From IMG/VR virus record IMGVR_UViG_3300023179_000026, positions 64,001 to 128,000 of that record: a DNA stretch of 64,000 bases; one strand, 5' to 3'. The stretch is from a virus. Made by a program: the position numbers and the translations under genes. Under the pieces are notes generated by a model, which had not been told where the DNA came from, made no database searches, and worked only from the letters and a program-made list of their open reading frames with translations. This document shows positions 1 through 9,402 of this stretch, piece by piece (within the stretch, counting starts at the first letter, position 1; each line of letters begins with the position of its first letter).

Positions 1-547
1 GTTTACCATATTCATCATAGTAACCATCTATGGTAATTAACTGATTTGCTAAACTATTATATCGTTGTACATTGTGAGCAAGTAATTGATCAAAATCAGT
101 ATCACTGCTAATAATGACATGTTGATTATGTGGATGTAGTTGAACAAAACGTGCAATTACATCGTCCGCTTCAGCGATATCGCAGCGTATAACTGATACA
201 TTAGTTTTTTCACGTAGATACTTAATAAAATCATTGTAAGTATCATTAAACAATGTGTCTAATTGTAGGTCATGCTCTGTCTTAGCTAATTCTTTTACTG
301 CACGATTACGTTTGTATGGTTCATAGAATTGTTTACGCCAACTACGACCTTCTAGCGCAAAAACAACGTGCACAGGATTGTTTGCGCTGAATTTGCGAAC
401 CATAGTATTAGCACTTTGTAGAGTAAGGTGTAATGCCATACCTACACGTTCACTATCTGTTTCGCTACGACTAGCAATATATTTTGATTTGAAGAATAAA
501 TTAGCAGTATCAATAATAATATACTTAACTGATTTCGGATCTTCCAT
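1..547 (-). CDS. rnh: 5'-3' exonuclease / T4 RNase H-like flap nuclease (partial, runs off window start)
   Basis: Not in ORF track. Manual translation from ATG at 547 gives MEDPKSVKYIIIDTANLFF...FALEGRSWRK...RCDIAEADDVIARF...IISSDTDFDQL, carrying the FEN/5'-nuclease motifs (IID, EADD, SxDxD). Confidence 0.88.
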   Translation of the reverse strand, partial: MEDPKSVKYIIIDTANLFFKSKYIASRSETDSERVGMALHLTLQSANTMVRKFSANNPVHVVFALEGRSWRKQFYEPYKRNRAVKELAKTEHDLQLDTLFNDTYNDFIKYLREKTNVSVIRCDIAEADDVIARFVQLHPHNQHVIISSDTDFDQLLAHNVQRYNSLANQLITIDGYYDEYGK

Positions 548-974
548 TGCCTATATCCTTAGATTTTACAACACGTAAATCGGTTTCACGGTTAAAGGGG
601 TCTGCATTTTGTTGTTCATAAACTTCTAGAGCAATATTACGACATACTGTTTGAAACCAACGATCAACAATGTCTGCTTCAGTATCATCAGGACGTATTT
701 TGTAACCTGCTTTTATCAAGTTTATCACAAACTTATCATTGAAATCAAGCTCAAAACTACCTGCATTAATATTGTTTGGGTCAATATCTACCTTAGTGAT
801 GGTTATGTATGGTTCGTTATTTTTAGTAGCAAGTTCTTTATCTGATAATTTTTCTTCAGGTTTTTTCTTTGCTTCTTTAGTTTTTTTAGGTGGTTCAGGT
901 TGTTCAGGTGGTTCGGAAGGGTCAGGTGGAATAGGTATAGGTTTATTCCACAATGCTTTTAATTTGTCAAACAT
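525..974 (-). CDS. hypothetical protein with Pro-rich N-terminus
   Basis: ORF track; start refined to ATG 974 (MFDKLK) behind GAGGA Shine-Dalgarno. Confidence 0.7.
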   Translation of the reverse strand: MFDKLKALWNKPIPIPPDPSEPPEQPEPPKKTKEAKKKPEEKLSDKELATKNNEPYITITKVDIDPNNINAGSFELDFNDKFVINLIKAGYKIRPDDTEADIVDRWFQTVCRNIALEVYEQQNADPFNRETDLRVVKSKDIGNGRSEIS

Positions 975-2013
975 ACGTATCCTCAACAATCATTGTCATA
1001 TCTTTCTTATATTCTTCATACAATTGCATACTAGCTAGGTTTTTAGCTTTGCTTTCACACATTATGTCACCCCATACCCAATGTGACATTGCCCAACGAT
1101 TAACAGATTTGTTCCAATAAAAATCGCTGTGTGCACGTAGCTCTTGTTTTTTATGTCCACTTTCTGCAAGCAGTTGATAATTTGGTTTGGTATGAACATC
1201 ATGTTTAACTAATACATCCTCACGACTGACAGAATAATGGATGACAGGGCGCACACCACGCCAACTATCAATAACCCTGTCGATACGGGCATCATCCATT
1301 TCAATGTATTGTCCTGTTTTACACCAATGGTGATGAATATCAAGCACAATAGGAGCAACATCACTAAGTTGAAGGCAATCATCGAGTCCATAAGTTATTT
1401 CTTCGTTTTCAATGGTAATACAGTTTCTTGCTTCTTGAGACAATCTTGCATATGCATGTCGAAAACCTGCGGCACCTTGTTTACCCGCAAGGTGGATGTT
1501 AATTTTAAAGTCTTGAAATTGTTTACCGTACCCCATGTAACGGGCCATATCCGCATGATACTCAAACTCCTTTAATGAATTCTCAACAATGTTCTCATTA
1601 TCACTAGCGAGCACACAAAACTGACCAGGATGAAAAGACAAACGTACACCGTTTTCTCTAGCACTATCACCAATAGTTGCAAAATGCCGCTCAAGATATC
1701 GAACAACATCAGGGTGTTGATAGAAATAACTCCATGATGGCTCAGTGTATACAGGAAGGATATCACTACTAAGACGCACCATCCTAAGTTCTTCATGCAA
1801 TTCTCCTACACGTTTAACTAACAGTCTTGTTGATTCAATATTACCCTTCATTAAATCCCATAGTTTATCTTCAGCAACACTGCGTACTTGTTTATTTAAC
1901 CAAGTACGTGTAGTAGTACCTGTATTGTATTTTTTGCAGTCATCCGTAGGTTTAATACCATCTACTTGATCTGCACGATCAATCCACTTACAGGCGAATC
2001 CTAGTTTGCGCAT
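967..2013 (-). CDS. uvsE: UV damage endonuclease (UvsE/UvdE family)
   Basis: Motifs LGFACK, RLSSDILP, RLSFHPGQF.VLAS, INIH, TIENEE, LDIHHHW typical of UvsE TIM-barrel endonucleases. Confidence 0.92.
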   Translation of the reverse strand: MRKLGFACKWIDRADQVDGIKPTDDCKKYNTGTTTRTWLNKQVRSVAEDKLWDLMKGNIESTRLLVKRVGELHEELRMVRLSSDILPVYTEPSWSYFYQHPDVVRYLERHFATIGDSARENGVRLSFHPGQFCVLASDNENIVENSLKEFEYHADMARYMGYGKQFQDFKINIHLAGKQGAAGFRHAYARLSQEARNCITIENEEITYGLDDCLQLSDVAPIVLDIHHHWCKTGQYIEMDDARIDRVIDSWRGVRPVIHYSVSREDVLVKHDVHTKPNYQLLAESGHKKQELRAHSDFYWNKSVNRWAMSHWVWGDIMCESKAKNLASMQLYEEYKKDMTMIVEDTYV

Positions 2014-2015
2014 GA

Positions 2016-2225
2016 TTAGGCACTTTCAATAAGTTGAGCTGCAAATACATTTAACTGTGAACGTGGCATGAATAATTCAAAAGTACTAGTCATGATACAC
2101 GTATTTTTCTCTACATCCCACAATTCTCGTGTAAAAGTTACAGCTCGCATGTCAGTAGGTAAAGTACATGTGGTGACTTTCATATATAGTTTAAAATCAG
2201 GGCGGTCAACAAGATATTCCATCAT
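2016..2225 (-). CDS. hypothetical protein
   Basis: ORF with GGAG SD; first gene after a sigma70-like promoter. Confidence 0.6.
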   Translation of the reverse strand: MMEYLVDRPDFKLYMKVTTCTLPTDMRAVTFTRELWDVEKNTCIMTSTFELFMPRSQLNVFAAQLIESA

Positions 2226-2245
2226 AGTTTCTCCAAAGAAATTAG

Positions 2246-2274
2246 ATTATAACGTATAACAAACTTTTAGACAA
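2246..2274 (-). promoter_or_regulatory. sigma70-type promoter TTGTCT-N17-TATAAT
   Basis: Read on minus strand: -35 at 2269-2274, -10 at 2246-2251, exact 17-bp spacer. Confidence 0.7.
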
Positions 2275-2285
2275 GTGTTGTTTAT

Positions 2286-2765
2286 TTACCACTTTTCTGA
2301 TTTGCTTACTCTTTGCATTTCAGCTTCCATGACACGTTTACGCAACGAACTTGAACTAAAGCTATGGTCACGTCCATTGTATATCAATTCTATACCACGG
2401 TCAAGGCATATCTGTTTACCCGTAAAATCTTTATCCTTATATTCTATGCCAAGAATACGCATGTCAATGGGTAGGATAAGAAACAAATCTTCTAAATCTT
2501 TTTCTGTATTATATATAACTATTTCATCAACAAAGCGTGTTGCGCTAAGTTGTATTTGACGCTCTACAATACTTTGTACAGGATTGTTTTTACTTGGTCT
2601 GTCTATACTAGCATCATTTTGTAAAGCAGCAATGAGGTAATCACAATGTTGTTTAGCCTCAGAAAGCATGGCGACATGCCCTGCATGTAATAAATCAAAT
2701 TGACTGCAGGTTATGCCTATTTTTAGATCACTATTTTTTAGTTCTTTGATACGATTGAATATCAT
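2286..2765 (-). CDS. cytidylyltransferase (TagD/glycerol-3-phosphate cytidylyltransferase-like)
   Basis: IGITCSQFDLLHAGHV (HxGH motif) and RDHSFSSS tail. Confidence 0.88.
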   Translation of the reverse strand: MIFNRIKELKNSDLKIGITCSQFDLLHAGHVAMLSEAKQHCDYLIAALQNDASIDRPSKNNPVQSIVERQIQLSATRFVDEIVIYNTEKDLEDLFLILPIDMRILGIEYKDKDFTGKQICLDRGIELIYNGRDHSFSSSSLRKRVMEAEMQRVSKSEKW

Positions 2766-2770
2766 AAAAT

Positions 2771-2797
2771 ACCCCTATCTGTTATTTAGATAGGGGT
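2771..2797 (-). terminator. intrinsic terminator-like hairpin
   Basis: 10-bp perfect stem ACCCCTATCT/AGATAGGGGT with 7-nt loop, followed by ATTTT on minus strand. Confidence 0.65.
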
Positions 2798-2810
2798 GTT
2801 GGTTGAGAAA

Positions 2811-3038
2811 TTAAAAATCAGATTCCATTTTTTTCAAATCTTCTTCCCACATGTTTTTTGCATTCTTACCTTTTAAAAATTTTTGATATTGTTGGTAAGC
2901 ATAGCTACGCATGTTGTTAAGATCACGCTCATCATAACGATAACCGTACTCCCTACAAAACTGTAAATAATTTTCTAAATCCTCATAAATAAGGCTAGAA
3001 GTAGAAAAGTAGGAACGACCTTTGGTTGCTTTATTCAT
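2811..3038 (-). CDS. hypothetical protein
   Basis: ORF track, fits gene packing. Confidence 0.6.
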   Translation of the reverse strand: MNKATKGRSYFSTSSLIYEDLENYLQFCREYGYRYDERDLNNMRSYAYQQYQKFLKGKNAKNMWEEDLKKMESDF

Positions 3039-3052
3039 AAAACTGTAAATCC

Positions 3053-3430
3053 TTAAATTTTGATTGTTAAACTAGGTTTAGTACTACGATAATGTGTAAT
3101 GACTGCTGAGCCACTACTTTCTGCAACAGTAATTTTAATATCACTATCTGCAAAATGGTTTGATAACCTTAAGAAAAGTTCATCAGAAATTCTTTGGCAA
3201 TATTGTAAATCATCGTCAGCCTTGGGTTTACCAATGTCAGATGCTTCAATATCTTTTATTGCTTGGTTAATAGGTTTGGCATCAAGAATGCCATCTAGTG
3301 ATTCAACTTGTATGTTAGCAGTAAAAAAGTTTTTAATTCTAGTTTTTTTCCTAATGTAAATTAAACTTTCTCGCATAACACGATCATTGCGTTCTTTCAA
3401 TGCTAAGTTACGTTGTGCACTATATTCCAT
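3053..3430 (-). CDS. hypothetical protein
   Basis: ORF track, TAATG-coupled to upstream gene. Confidence 0.6.
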   Translation of the reverse strand: MEYSAQRNLALKERNDRVMRESLIYIRKKTRIKNFFTANIQVESLDGILDAKPINQAIKDIEASDIGKPKADDDLQYCQRISDELFLRLSNHFADSDIKITVAESSGSAVITHYRSTKPSLTIKI

Positions 3431-3645
3431 TATCTATCATCCCATGTATCGGTTTCACGACCACTTGTAGCTTCAAATTGAAGTTTACTCAATCTTGCGA
3501 TTTCATCCTTCAATTGTAGCTTACGCTTCTTTAAATTGGTCACTTGTTCAGGAATATAATGTGTTTGTCCTTCCATGTCAAGTATTTGTTTGTCTACAAA
3601 TCGATGTAATTCTTCAAGATGTTTAATACGCTCACGATAAGGCAT
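3430..3645 (-). CDS. YdcH/DUF465-like small coiled-coil protein
   Basis: RIKHLEELHRFVDKQI...LKKRKLQLKDEI pattern. Confidence 0.65.
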   Translation of the reverse strand: MPYRERIKHLEELHRFVDKQILDMEGQTHYIPEQVTNLKKRKLQLKDEIARLSKLQFEATSGRETDTWDDR

Positions 3646-3646
3646 T

Positions 3647-3994
3647 TTAACCTCCTTTATGATCCTTAACTAATTGTATAACTAAATCCATTTTTTCTTG
3701 CAAGTCTGCAATCATAGGATATTCTTTTGATAATTCTTCAATCTCTTTTTCACGCTGCATGGCTGATTTTGCCCATTCTAAAACGTTTATAGTTTCTTGG
3801 TCTAAACTTATTGTTGGTGTAGACTTAGGTATTGGCAACCAAGCATATCCATCATAAATTTCTAAATTTTGTGAATTAGTGTTATATTTTACAGATCCAA
3901 TTAATGGATTATTAGTTTGTTGACTAATGTAAGGCATTGACGGTCCGTTATTAATTACCGTAATGCCTTTACCTGATGTAAGATACACTATCAT
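3647..3994 (-). CDS. hypothetical protein
   Basis: ORF track, ATGA overlap with upstream gene. Confidence 0.6.
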   Translation of the reverse strand: MIVYLTSGKGITVINNGPSMPYISQQTNNPLIGSVKYNTNSQNLEIYDGYAWLPIPKSTPTISLDQETINVLEWAKSAMQREKEIEELSKEYPMIADLQEKMDLVIQLVKDHKGG

Positions 3995-4707
3995 GTTTGT
4001 GCAGGAATTAAATATTCATAATCAGCAATACCACTATCTACTGTAATTTTCATAACAGGAGAGTCACTAATGTGAATTACTTTGTCGCCTGGTAAGTCCA
4101 TGATGCTTATAAATTGTTTAACAGGCCATGACCATGATTGCGTAATTTTTCCACTAACCATTGATTCAAAGACAAAATTACCGCTGTGTGTAGAAGCATT
4201 TCCCATATAAATTTTCAAATCACGATTGTCTTGTTTTAAGATAAAGTTAGTTTCATCATTGTTTGCTTGTAATTGCTTCTTCAAACGTTGAATACTGTTA
4301 ACTCTAGGCTCAAACTGTATGTTCCATGTTGCACCTGCAAACTTCATTGGTCTAATCTTTTCTTCAACTAATGCTTGTGACATTAAACGATAATCATTTA
4401 CAAAATCACCTGTTGATGTTTCAAAATGTATGACTGTTGGAATGTTACCTGTTTTTACTATATTAATAGATGCAGTTTCATCATATTCATCAAATCGTAG
4501 AATAGTTCGCAGCTTATTTAAGTTAGGCATTCCAAACACACCTTCAAAATCAGGATGTGGTGTTTTTAATACACCTGATAGTATCACAGTGCGGTCTTCT
4601 GATATTGCATTAATTTTAGTCTCTGTTTCAGTACCTGTTACTTTGATTAGGTCAATAAACCCTAATGCACAAGTATGTTGTATTAAATCTAATAAATTAT
4701 CTCTCAT
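3991..4707 (-). CDS. putative sliding clamp (gp45-like processivity factor)
   Basis: 238 aa, size and beta-rich pattern of a clamp, directly downstream of the PolB gene; clamp loader also in window. Confidence 0.65.
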   Translation of the reverse strand: MRDNLLDLIQHTCALGFIDLIKVTGTETETKINAISEDRTVILSGVLKTPHPDFEGVFGMPNLNKLRTILRFDEYDETASINIVKTGNIPTVIHFETSTGDFVNDYRLMSQALVEEKIRPMKFAGATWNIQFEPRVNSIQRLKKQLQANNDETNFILKQDNRDLKIYMGNASTHSGNFVFESMVSGKITQSWSWPVKQFISIMDLPGDKVIHISDSPVMKITVDSGIADYEYLIPAQT

Positions 4708-4767
4708 ATTATTTCCTTAAATTCTATATTATATTACTCTTTATTATTTTTCAATTACTTTGGATAA

Positions 4768-7488
4768 TCACTCAAAAGAAAACAATGAGTCAAATGTATT
4801 GTTGATATTGGTATTACGTTCTAAATCCCAACCTAAGACACCAAGTAAATTGTCAATCTTTTTATCCACCAATGTATATTCCATGTCACGATCATCAAAT
4901 GGCAAATCTATAAACCATTGTGGTAATCGTAGTTCATCTGTTGGATACGCCACACTTGTAAAACCTAATGCATTATTTCGTAATTTACATACAATAATTT
5001 TAGCACCGTTTGTTATTTTAGTACTATAATTATCATGATTAAGTTGTCTTAAAAAATTCCAATTGATTGAGGCACGAACATGACCTGGCATGTTTACTTT
5101 GTTATCTTTACTGCGATTTAATTTTTCTTCATACAATGTAAGCTTGTTTACTGCTTTAGGACTACCTTTGTTCCAACTTGGCATTGCACGTAGCTTATGT
5201 TTGAATGCTACAATCTTTTCAATAATATTTTCACGTGTAGAACCACTAAGTACATCTTCTAATACACTAAACAAAAATTCTTGTACAAATTTTGGTGTAT
5301 CAGCACGTTTCAAATCTAATCCCATGGCTTTAATTTTACCAAGCTTGCCATCCTTATCTAATCGTTTTCCTTCTTTATCATAGATATTCACCGCATAACG
5401 TTTCTTAGTAATAAACAACCCACGATCAGCAACCAACTCTCGCCCCGCTTTAATAATAGCACCATTGTTTTTTGGACAATGAAATGTATTGTACATAAAC
5501 TGTGGGAAACTATTATTCACTGTATTGCCAAGTTCGTCATAAATCATAATTGCGTGTTCTTTGCTCCAACTTTTGGCAAGTTCTACATCCTTTGACCATA
5601 TAGGCCATCCACTGAAATAGCATGAGTCAGTATCACCATATACAATGGCTTCACCTGTATGATCATAATTTCCTGTAATCAATTCATTTAAATAAGCACT
5701 CATATGTTTAACAATTTGTCTACCTGTTAAAGTAACACTTTGTCCAATACGAATGTCATAAAAACGACAATGTACATTTAACAATGCACCATATGCTGAA
5801 TTCAACAGAATTTTGCGTACTAATTGTCGTTTATCATAAAACTCAGCTTCTTCAGGGGTTTTAGCTTCTTTTAATTGTTTTTGAATTTGTTTACGTTCAT
5901 TATACCATCTCGTCAACAACCCAGGTATCACCCCCTCAGACTCATAGGTAAATATTGTACCATTAGCACTGAGCATCCATGGTTTACCACTATTAAAAAT
6001 TAATTCATGAATTTCAGCAGCACTTCCAACATCATGCCCACCTTTTTCCCAATCAATAGTTATAGTGGTTTCACGTTCTTTATTCATTACTGCGTTATAT
6101 TCTAATGAACCAAATAATCCTTCCCATAGGATAGGACCCATTTCACCTTCTACTTCTTCGTTTTCACTAACATTGCGATTCTTTTTCTTATCACGTGCTA
6201 ACTTTTGACTTTTATCATATAAGTATTTTTCAGTAGCTGTTTGACGTAATTGACCAATAATTGTTTCAGGTGCCATGTTTAATGCACGAATAACAGATGG
6301 ATAAAGCGAGTTCAAATCAACTGCAGCTATCCACTCGTGTATACCTTTTTTAGGAAAGGCAACATATGCACCTGCTGCCTTAGTTTCATCATCAGTTTCA
6401 CGTTTGATTTTGTCAGGTATGATTAACCCACGTGAATGTGCTTCATTAATCACAGCTTGTTCAATCATAGCAACACTGCCCATTACAGTAGGTAACAATA
6501 CTGTATTTTGATGTGCAATACTATTTGCTAAATCTAAAAATTTAAGCTTGTCGTGTATCTTAAATAACAACATTGTATCTTGTCTATTGTATTCAATAAA
6601 CGTTTTCCAATCATTGTTATACAGTTGGTCAAGCGTACCTTCATAGGGTGTTTTCTTTTCACCCACTTCCATTTCACCAATATAGTCTAATTTATAACTA
6701 TGTCGTTGTTCATAATTATACTTTTTGTATAATTCAAGATAATCCATATGAATACGACCAACTAAATCATATGTAACTTGTTTTTGGTCAAACTGTACGA
6801 ATTCACGTTGTCTAGGGTATTGGTTTAACAAACAAAAACGCATGGTATCTTCTTTAGACAAAACTTTAGTAACACGATTGACTAAGTATGGTATATCGTA
6901 ACCACTACTGTTCCATCCTGTCAAAACGTCTGCGTCTTGAATCAGTTCTAAAAATGCATCCAACATATCTGCTTCGTTATCAAATACCATAATATTTTCA
7001 AACGATTGTGTAATATTATTGATTTCTTCTTTTGATAATCCTTTTGGTGGAACACATAATGTGATTAGTGAGGTAATCCAATCAAGATACAGCGAAATTG
7101 AATTTACTGCGTTAAATGGATCATTAGGTGGAGCAAATCCATATTCAGGATCAAAGTTTACCTCAATATCAAAAAAACATGTATGTAGTTTAGGTGGAGG
7201 TATATCCAAATAATGATCAGCTAAACAACGAAAAACAGGATTAATGTCACTTTCGTATGTTTTCTTTTTGTTTATGAGGCGTAATTCTTTTTGAAATTCT
7301 GCACGTTTTGATGTAGTAAATTTAGTAAGTGGTTCACCGTCTACCCCACGATACTTACCTTTAGGGTCAGGATAATAAACTACATATTTTGCTTTATGTT
7401 CTTGGTAAACACGGTTAGCTTTTTCATCACGTTCAACGATGAATATAATATCTTTATCACGATCTAGTATTGCGTCAACATAACTCAT
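4768..7488 (-). CDS. polB: DNA polymerase family B with 3'-5' exonuclease
   Basis: Exo motifs FFDIEV, GWNSSGYDIPY, YNRQD; polymerase motifs DLNSLYPS, KILLNSAYG, YGDTDS, KKRYA. Confidence 0.97.
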   Translation of the reverse strand: MSYVDAILDRDKDIIFIVERDEKANRVYQEHKAKYVVYYPDPKGKYRGVDGEPLTKFTTSKRAEFQKELRLINKKKTYESDINPVFRCLADHYLDIPPPKLHTCFFDIEVNFDPEYGFAPPNDPFNAVNSISLYLDWITSLITLCVPPKGLSKEEINNITQSFENIMVFDNEADMLDAFLELIQDADVLTGWNSSGYDIPYLVNRVTKVLSKEDTMRFCLLNQYPRQREFVQFDQKQVTYDLVGRIHMDYLELYKKYNYEQRHSYKLDYIGEMEVGEKKTPYEGTLDQLYNNDWKTFIEYNRQDTMLLFKIHDKLKFLDLANSIAHQNTVLLPTVMGSVAMIEQAVINEAHSRGLIIPDKIKRETDDETKAAGAYVAFPKKGIHEWIAAVDLNSLYPSVIRALNMAPETIIGQLRQTATEKYLYDKSQKLARDKKKNRNVSENEEVEGEMGPILWEGLFGSLEYNAVMNKERETTITIDWEKGGHDVGSAAEIHELIFNSGKPWMLSANGTIFTYESEGVIPGLLTRWYNERKQIQKQLKEAKTPEEAEFYDKRQLVRKILLNSAYGALLNVHCRFYDIRIGQSVTLTGRQIVKHMSAYLNELITGNYDHTGEAIVYGDTDSCYFSGWPIWSKDVELAKSWSKEHAIMIYDELGNTVNNSFPQFMYNTFHCPKNNGAIIKAGRELVADRGLFITKKRYAVNIYDKEGKRLDKDGKLGKIKAMGLDLKRADTPKFVQEFLFSVLEDVLSGSTRENIIEKIVAFKHKLRAMPSWNKGSPKAVNKLTLYEEKLNRSKDNKVNMPGHVRASINWNFLRQLNHDNYSTKITNGAKIIVCKLRNNALGFTSVAYPTDELRLPQWFIDLPFDDRDMEYTLVDKKIDNLLGVLGWDLERNTNINNTFDSLFSFE

Positions 7489-7491
7489 AAA

Positions 7492-8123
7492 TTAAGCATT
7501 ATAAAGGAAATTACCTGATACACTTATTCTAGTACCATTAGAACTATAAAATGGATGAACAGAGTGGTTAAGACAAGAAGGAAAGATTAAACATTTATAT
7601 ATCATATTTTTATCAATTTGAATTTGGAACATTCCTAGACTGCCAAGTGGATCTGCATAATTAAAAATAAATGAGCCACCTAAGTTCCTTTTTGCAAAAC
7701 GCCCTGGGTTTAATTGTAGTTCTTCTTCTATATTATATGGCACTTCTAAATATATTACAAATGAAACTAGTCCTGAATGATTATGTATAGGATTAACCTC
7801 ATATTTTTTTTGAAAATTTACCCAACTATTACCAAGTTGTAATTCGTGATTATTCATATTTACAGTATGATAAGAATATAAATTTGTATAATCTACATAA
7901 CTATAAACGTATGGCAATAATAGATTGTTTAAATAATTATGACTTTTTTTAATTTATATTCACATTCAATTTGTCCTGCTAATGCGTGATTAGCAGGGTC
8001 ATATTTGGATGGATATATTTTAATTTCATTGATTTCTTCAATGATTGGAATAAGATCATTTTGTGTTAATTCTATTTCATAATAACCAAGAGTAAATATT
8101 GTTTTAAATTTTATAGAATTCAT
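7492..8123 (-). pseudogene. 2OG-Fe(II) oxygenase split by a -1 frameshift (or homopolymer error) at A7 run 7944-7950
   Basis: ORFs 7929-8123 and 7492-7917 join into one frame if one A is added (TTA AAA AAA AGT CAT). C-terminal part has HxH-S-G-x-x-S-x-V-x-Y, H-x-V-x-P and R-I-S-V-S-G-N motifs. Confidence 0.7.
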
Positions 8124-8381
8124 TTACATTGTTTTACCAACTGTAATTAAAATATTTTCCAATAGCTCGTGATCTTGACGTGCTTTACCTAATTCAGCCT
8201 TGTGTGCAATACGAATAGCTTTTTTAAGTACTGCTGCTTTAATATTCATTTCTTCTGCAATAGCTTTAACAGTATCACCCAAACCACTTTGTAGTGTATC
8301 GACCTCATGTAGCACTTGGCAACCTTCAGTAATTAAATGGGTAAGTTTTGCTTTTTGTTCTGCGGAAAATGTAACACTCAT
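8124..8381 (-). CDS. small DNA-binding protein, DsbA/GapR-like (tentative)
   Basis: 85 aa helical protein; start refined to ATG 8381 behind AAAGGAG; pattern resembles T4 DsbA/GapR (KAIAEEM...LKKAIRIAHK). Confidence 0.5.
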   Translation of the reverse strand: MSVTFSAEQKAKLTHLITEGCQVLHEVDTLQSGLGDTVKAIAEEMNIKAAVLKKAIRIAHKAELGKARQDHELLENILITVGKTM

Positions 8382-8453
8382 GTATAACTCCTTTGAGAAA
8401 GTACTTAGTGTACACGGTAATTGCAATAAATCAATCTTTTTTGGATAATCAAC

Positions 8454-8977
8454 CTATGCAAACAACTCTTTCAATCTTGGCATGACTGAATTTAAATTAG
8501 TATATAACAATCCAATACCACCTGCTTGGTTAAATGCATCAATTTTTTTAGGTGTGTCATCAATAAGGACAGCAGGTTGATGACCATAGTTAGCATATTT
8601 CCATTTGTTAGGTTCAAAAATGGCTTTTTAGCTACTTCCCATCCTAAATTACTAGCTAACCAATCACGTTTACCTATTTCACTTGCTTTACGACTGTTTT
8701 TAGGATCTACGCCATCGCTGCGTAGCGGTGCACTTAATATGCGCCAATCAATTCGTTTATTGTCCAACCATTCTATCAATCGCATACCATCAACCATAGG
8801 TGGTAAAGAAGCAAAAAAATCTTTAACAGCATTAGGTCCCAACTTTCGTAGGTTATTTACCCTGCTTTCTGTATCAGCACCATCATAATTTAAGATAGCC
8901 TTATTAAAATCAGCTAACACACCATCCATATCAACAAAAACAAATGGTTTGGCTTTCGACACTTCAAAAATTTTCAT
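8454..8977 (-). pseudogene. HAD-family 5'(3')-deoxyribonucleotidase, frameshifted at A5 run 8625-8629
   Basis: Motif I VFVDMDGVLADF in frame 0. The expected C-terminus (AIFEPNKWKYA...VLIDDTPKKIDAFNQAGGIG, TAG at 8454) lies in the -1 frame. Confidence 0.75.
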
Positions 8978-9402
8978 ACTCTACAATTCCCTATAACCTT
9001 AGTAATGGTTGTAAATTCACGTGCAATACGCTCATAAAACATTTCAGGTGGGCGTTCACTATAAGTACGATAACCCAAAGCAAGTTGACCCATGTCAACA
9101 TAATAGGATAAACTAGGCCAACGTTTTCTGTTGAGTTTTAACCCATCAATAAGTATACATTCTTCTGCTAGTCTTGTCAATGTAGCTTTTTTTGTTTCAC
9201 CCTCAGTGTTCATTGCTTCCATCAATTTTATGGCAATAGGTTCGTTATTCAGGTGTGGATTTTCCATATGTCTTGCAAACATGTGTACAGTAAATGCTTC
9301 AATTTCAGGGTCTAAATTGACACATGCAGCAGCTTCGGCGGCAATAATTACCTCGTAGCTATGCTTGACATAGGTCATCCAATGTTGCATATTAGTGTTC
9401 AA
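8974..9402 (-). CDS. hypothetical protein
   Basis: ORF track, overlapped with both neighbours. Confidence 0.6.
   Translation of the reverse strand: MNTNMQHWMTYVKHSYEVIIAAEAAACVNLDPEIEAFTVHMFARHMENPHLNNEPIAIKLMEAMNTEGETKKATLTRLAEECILIDGLKLNRKRWPSLSYYVDMGQLALGYRTYSERPPEMFYERIAREFTTITKVIGNCRV

Noticed and set aside
4768-7488. Intein or intron in the DNA polymerase
   Set aside because: 906 aa with all motifs in normal order and no splice-junction or LAGLIDADG block evident.
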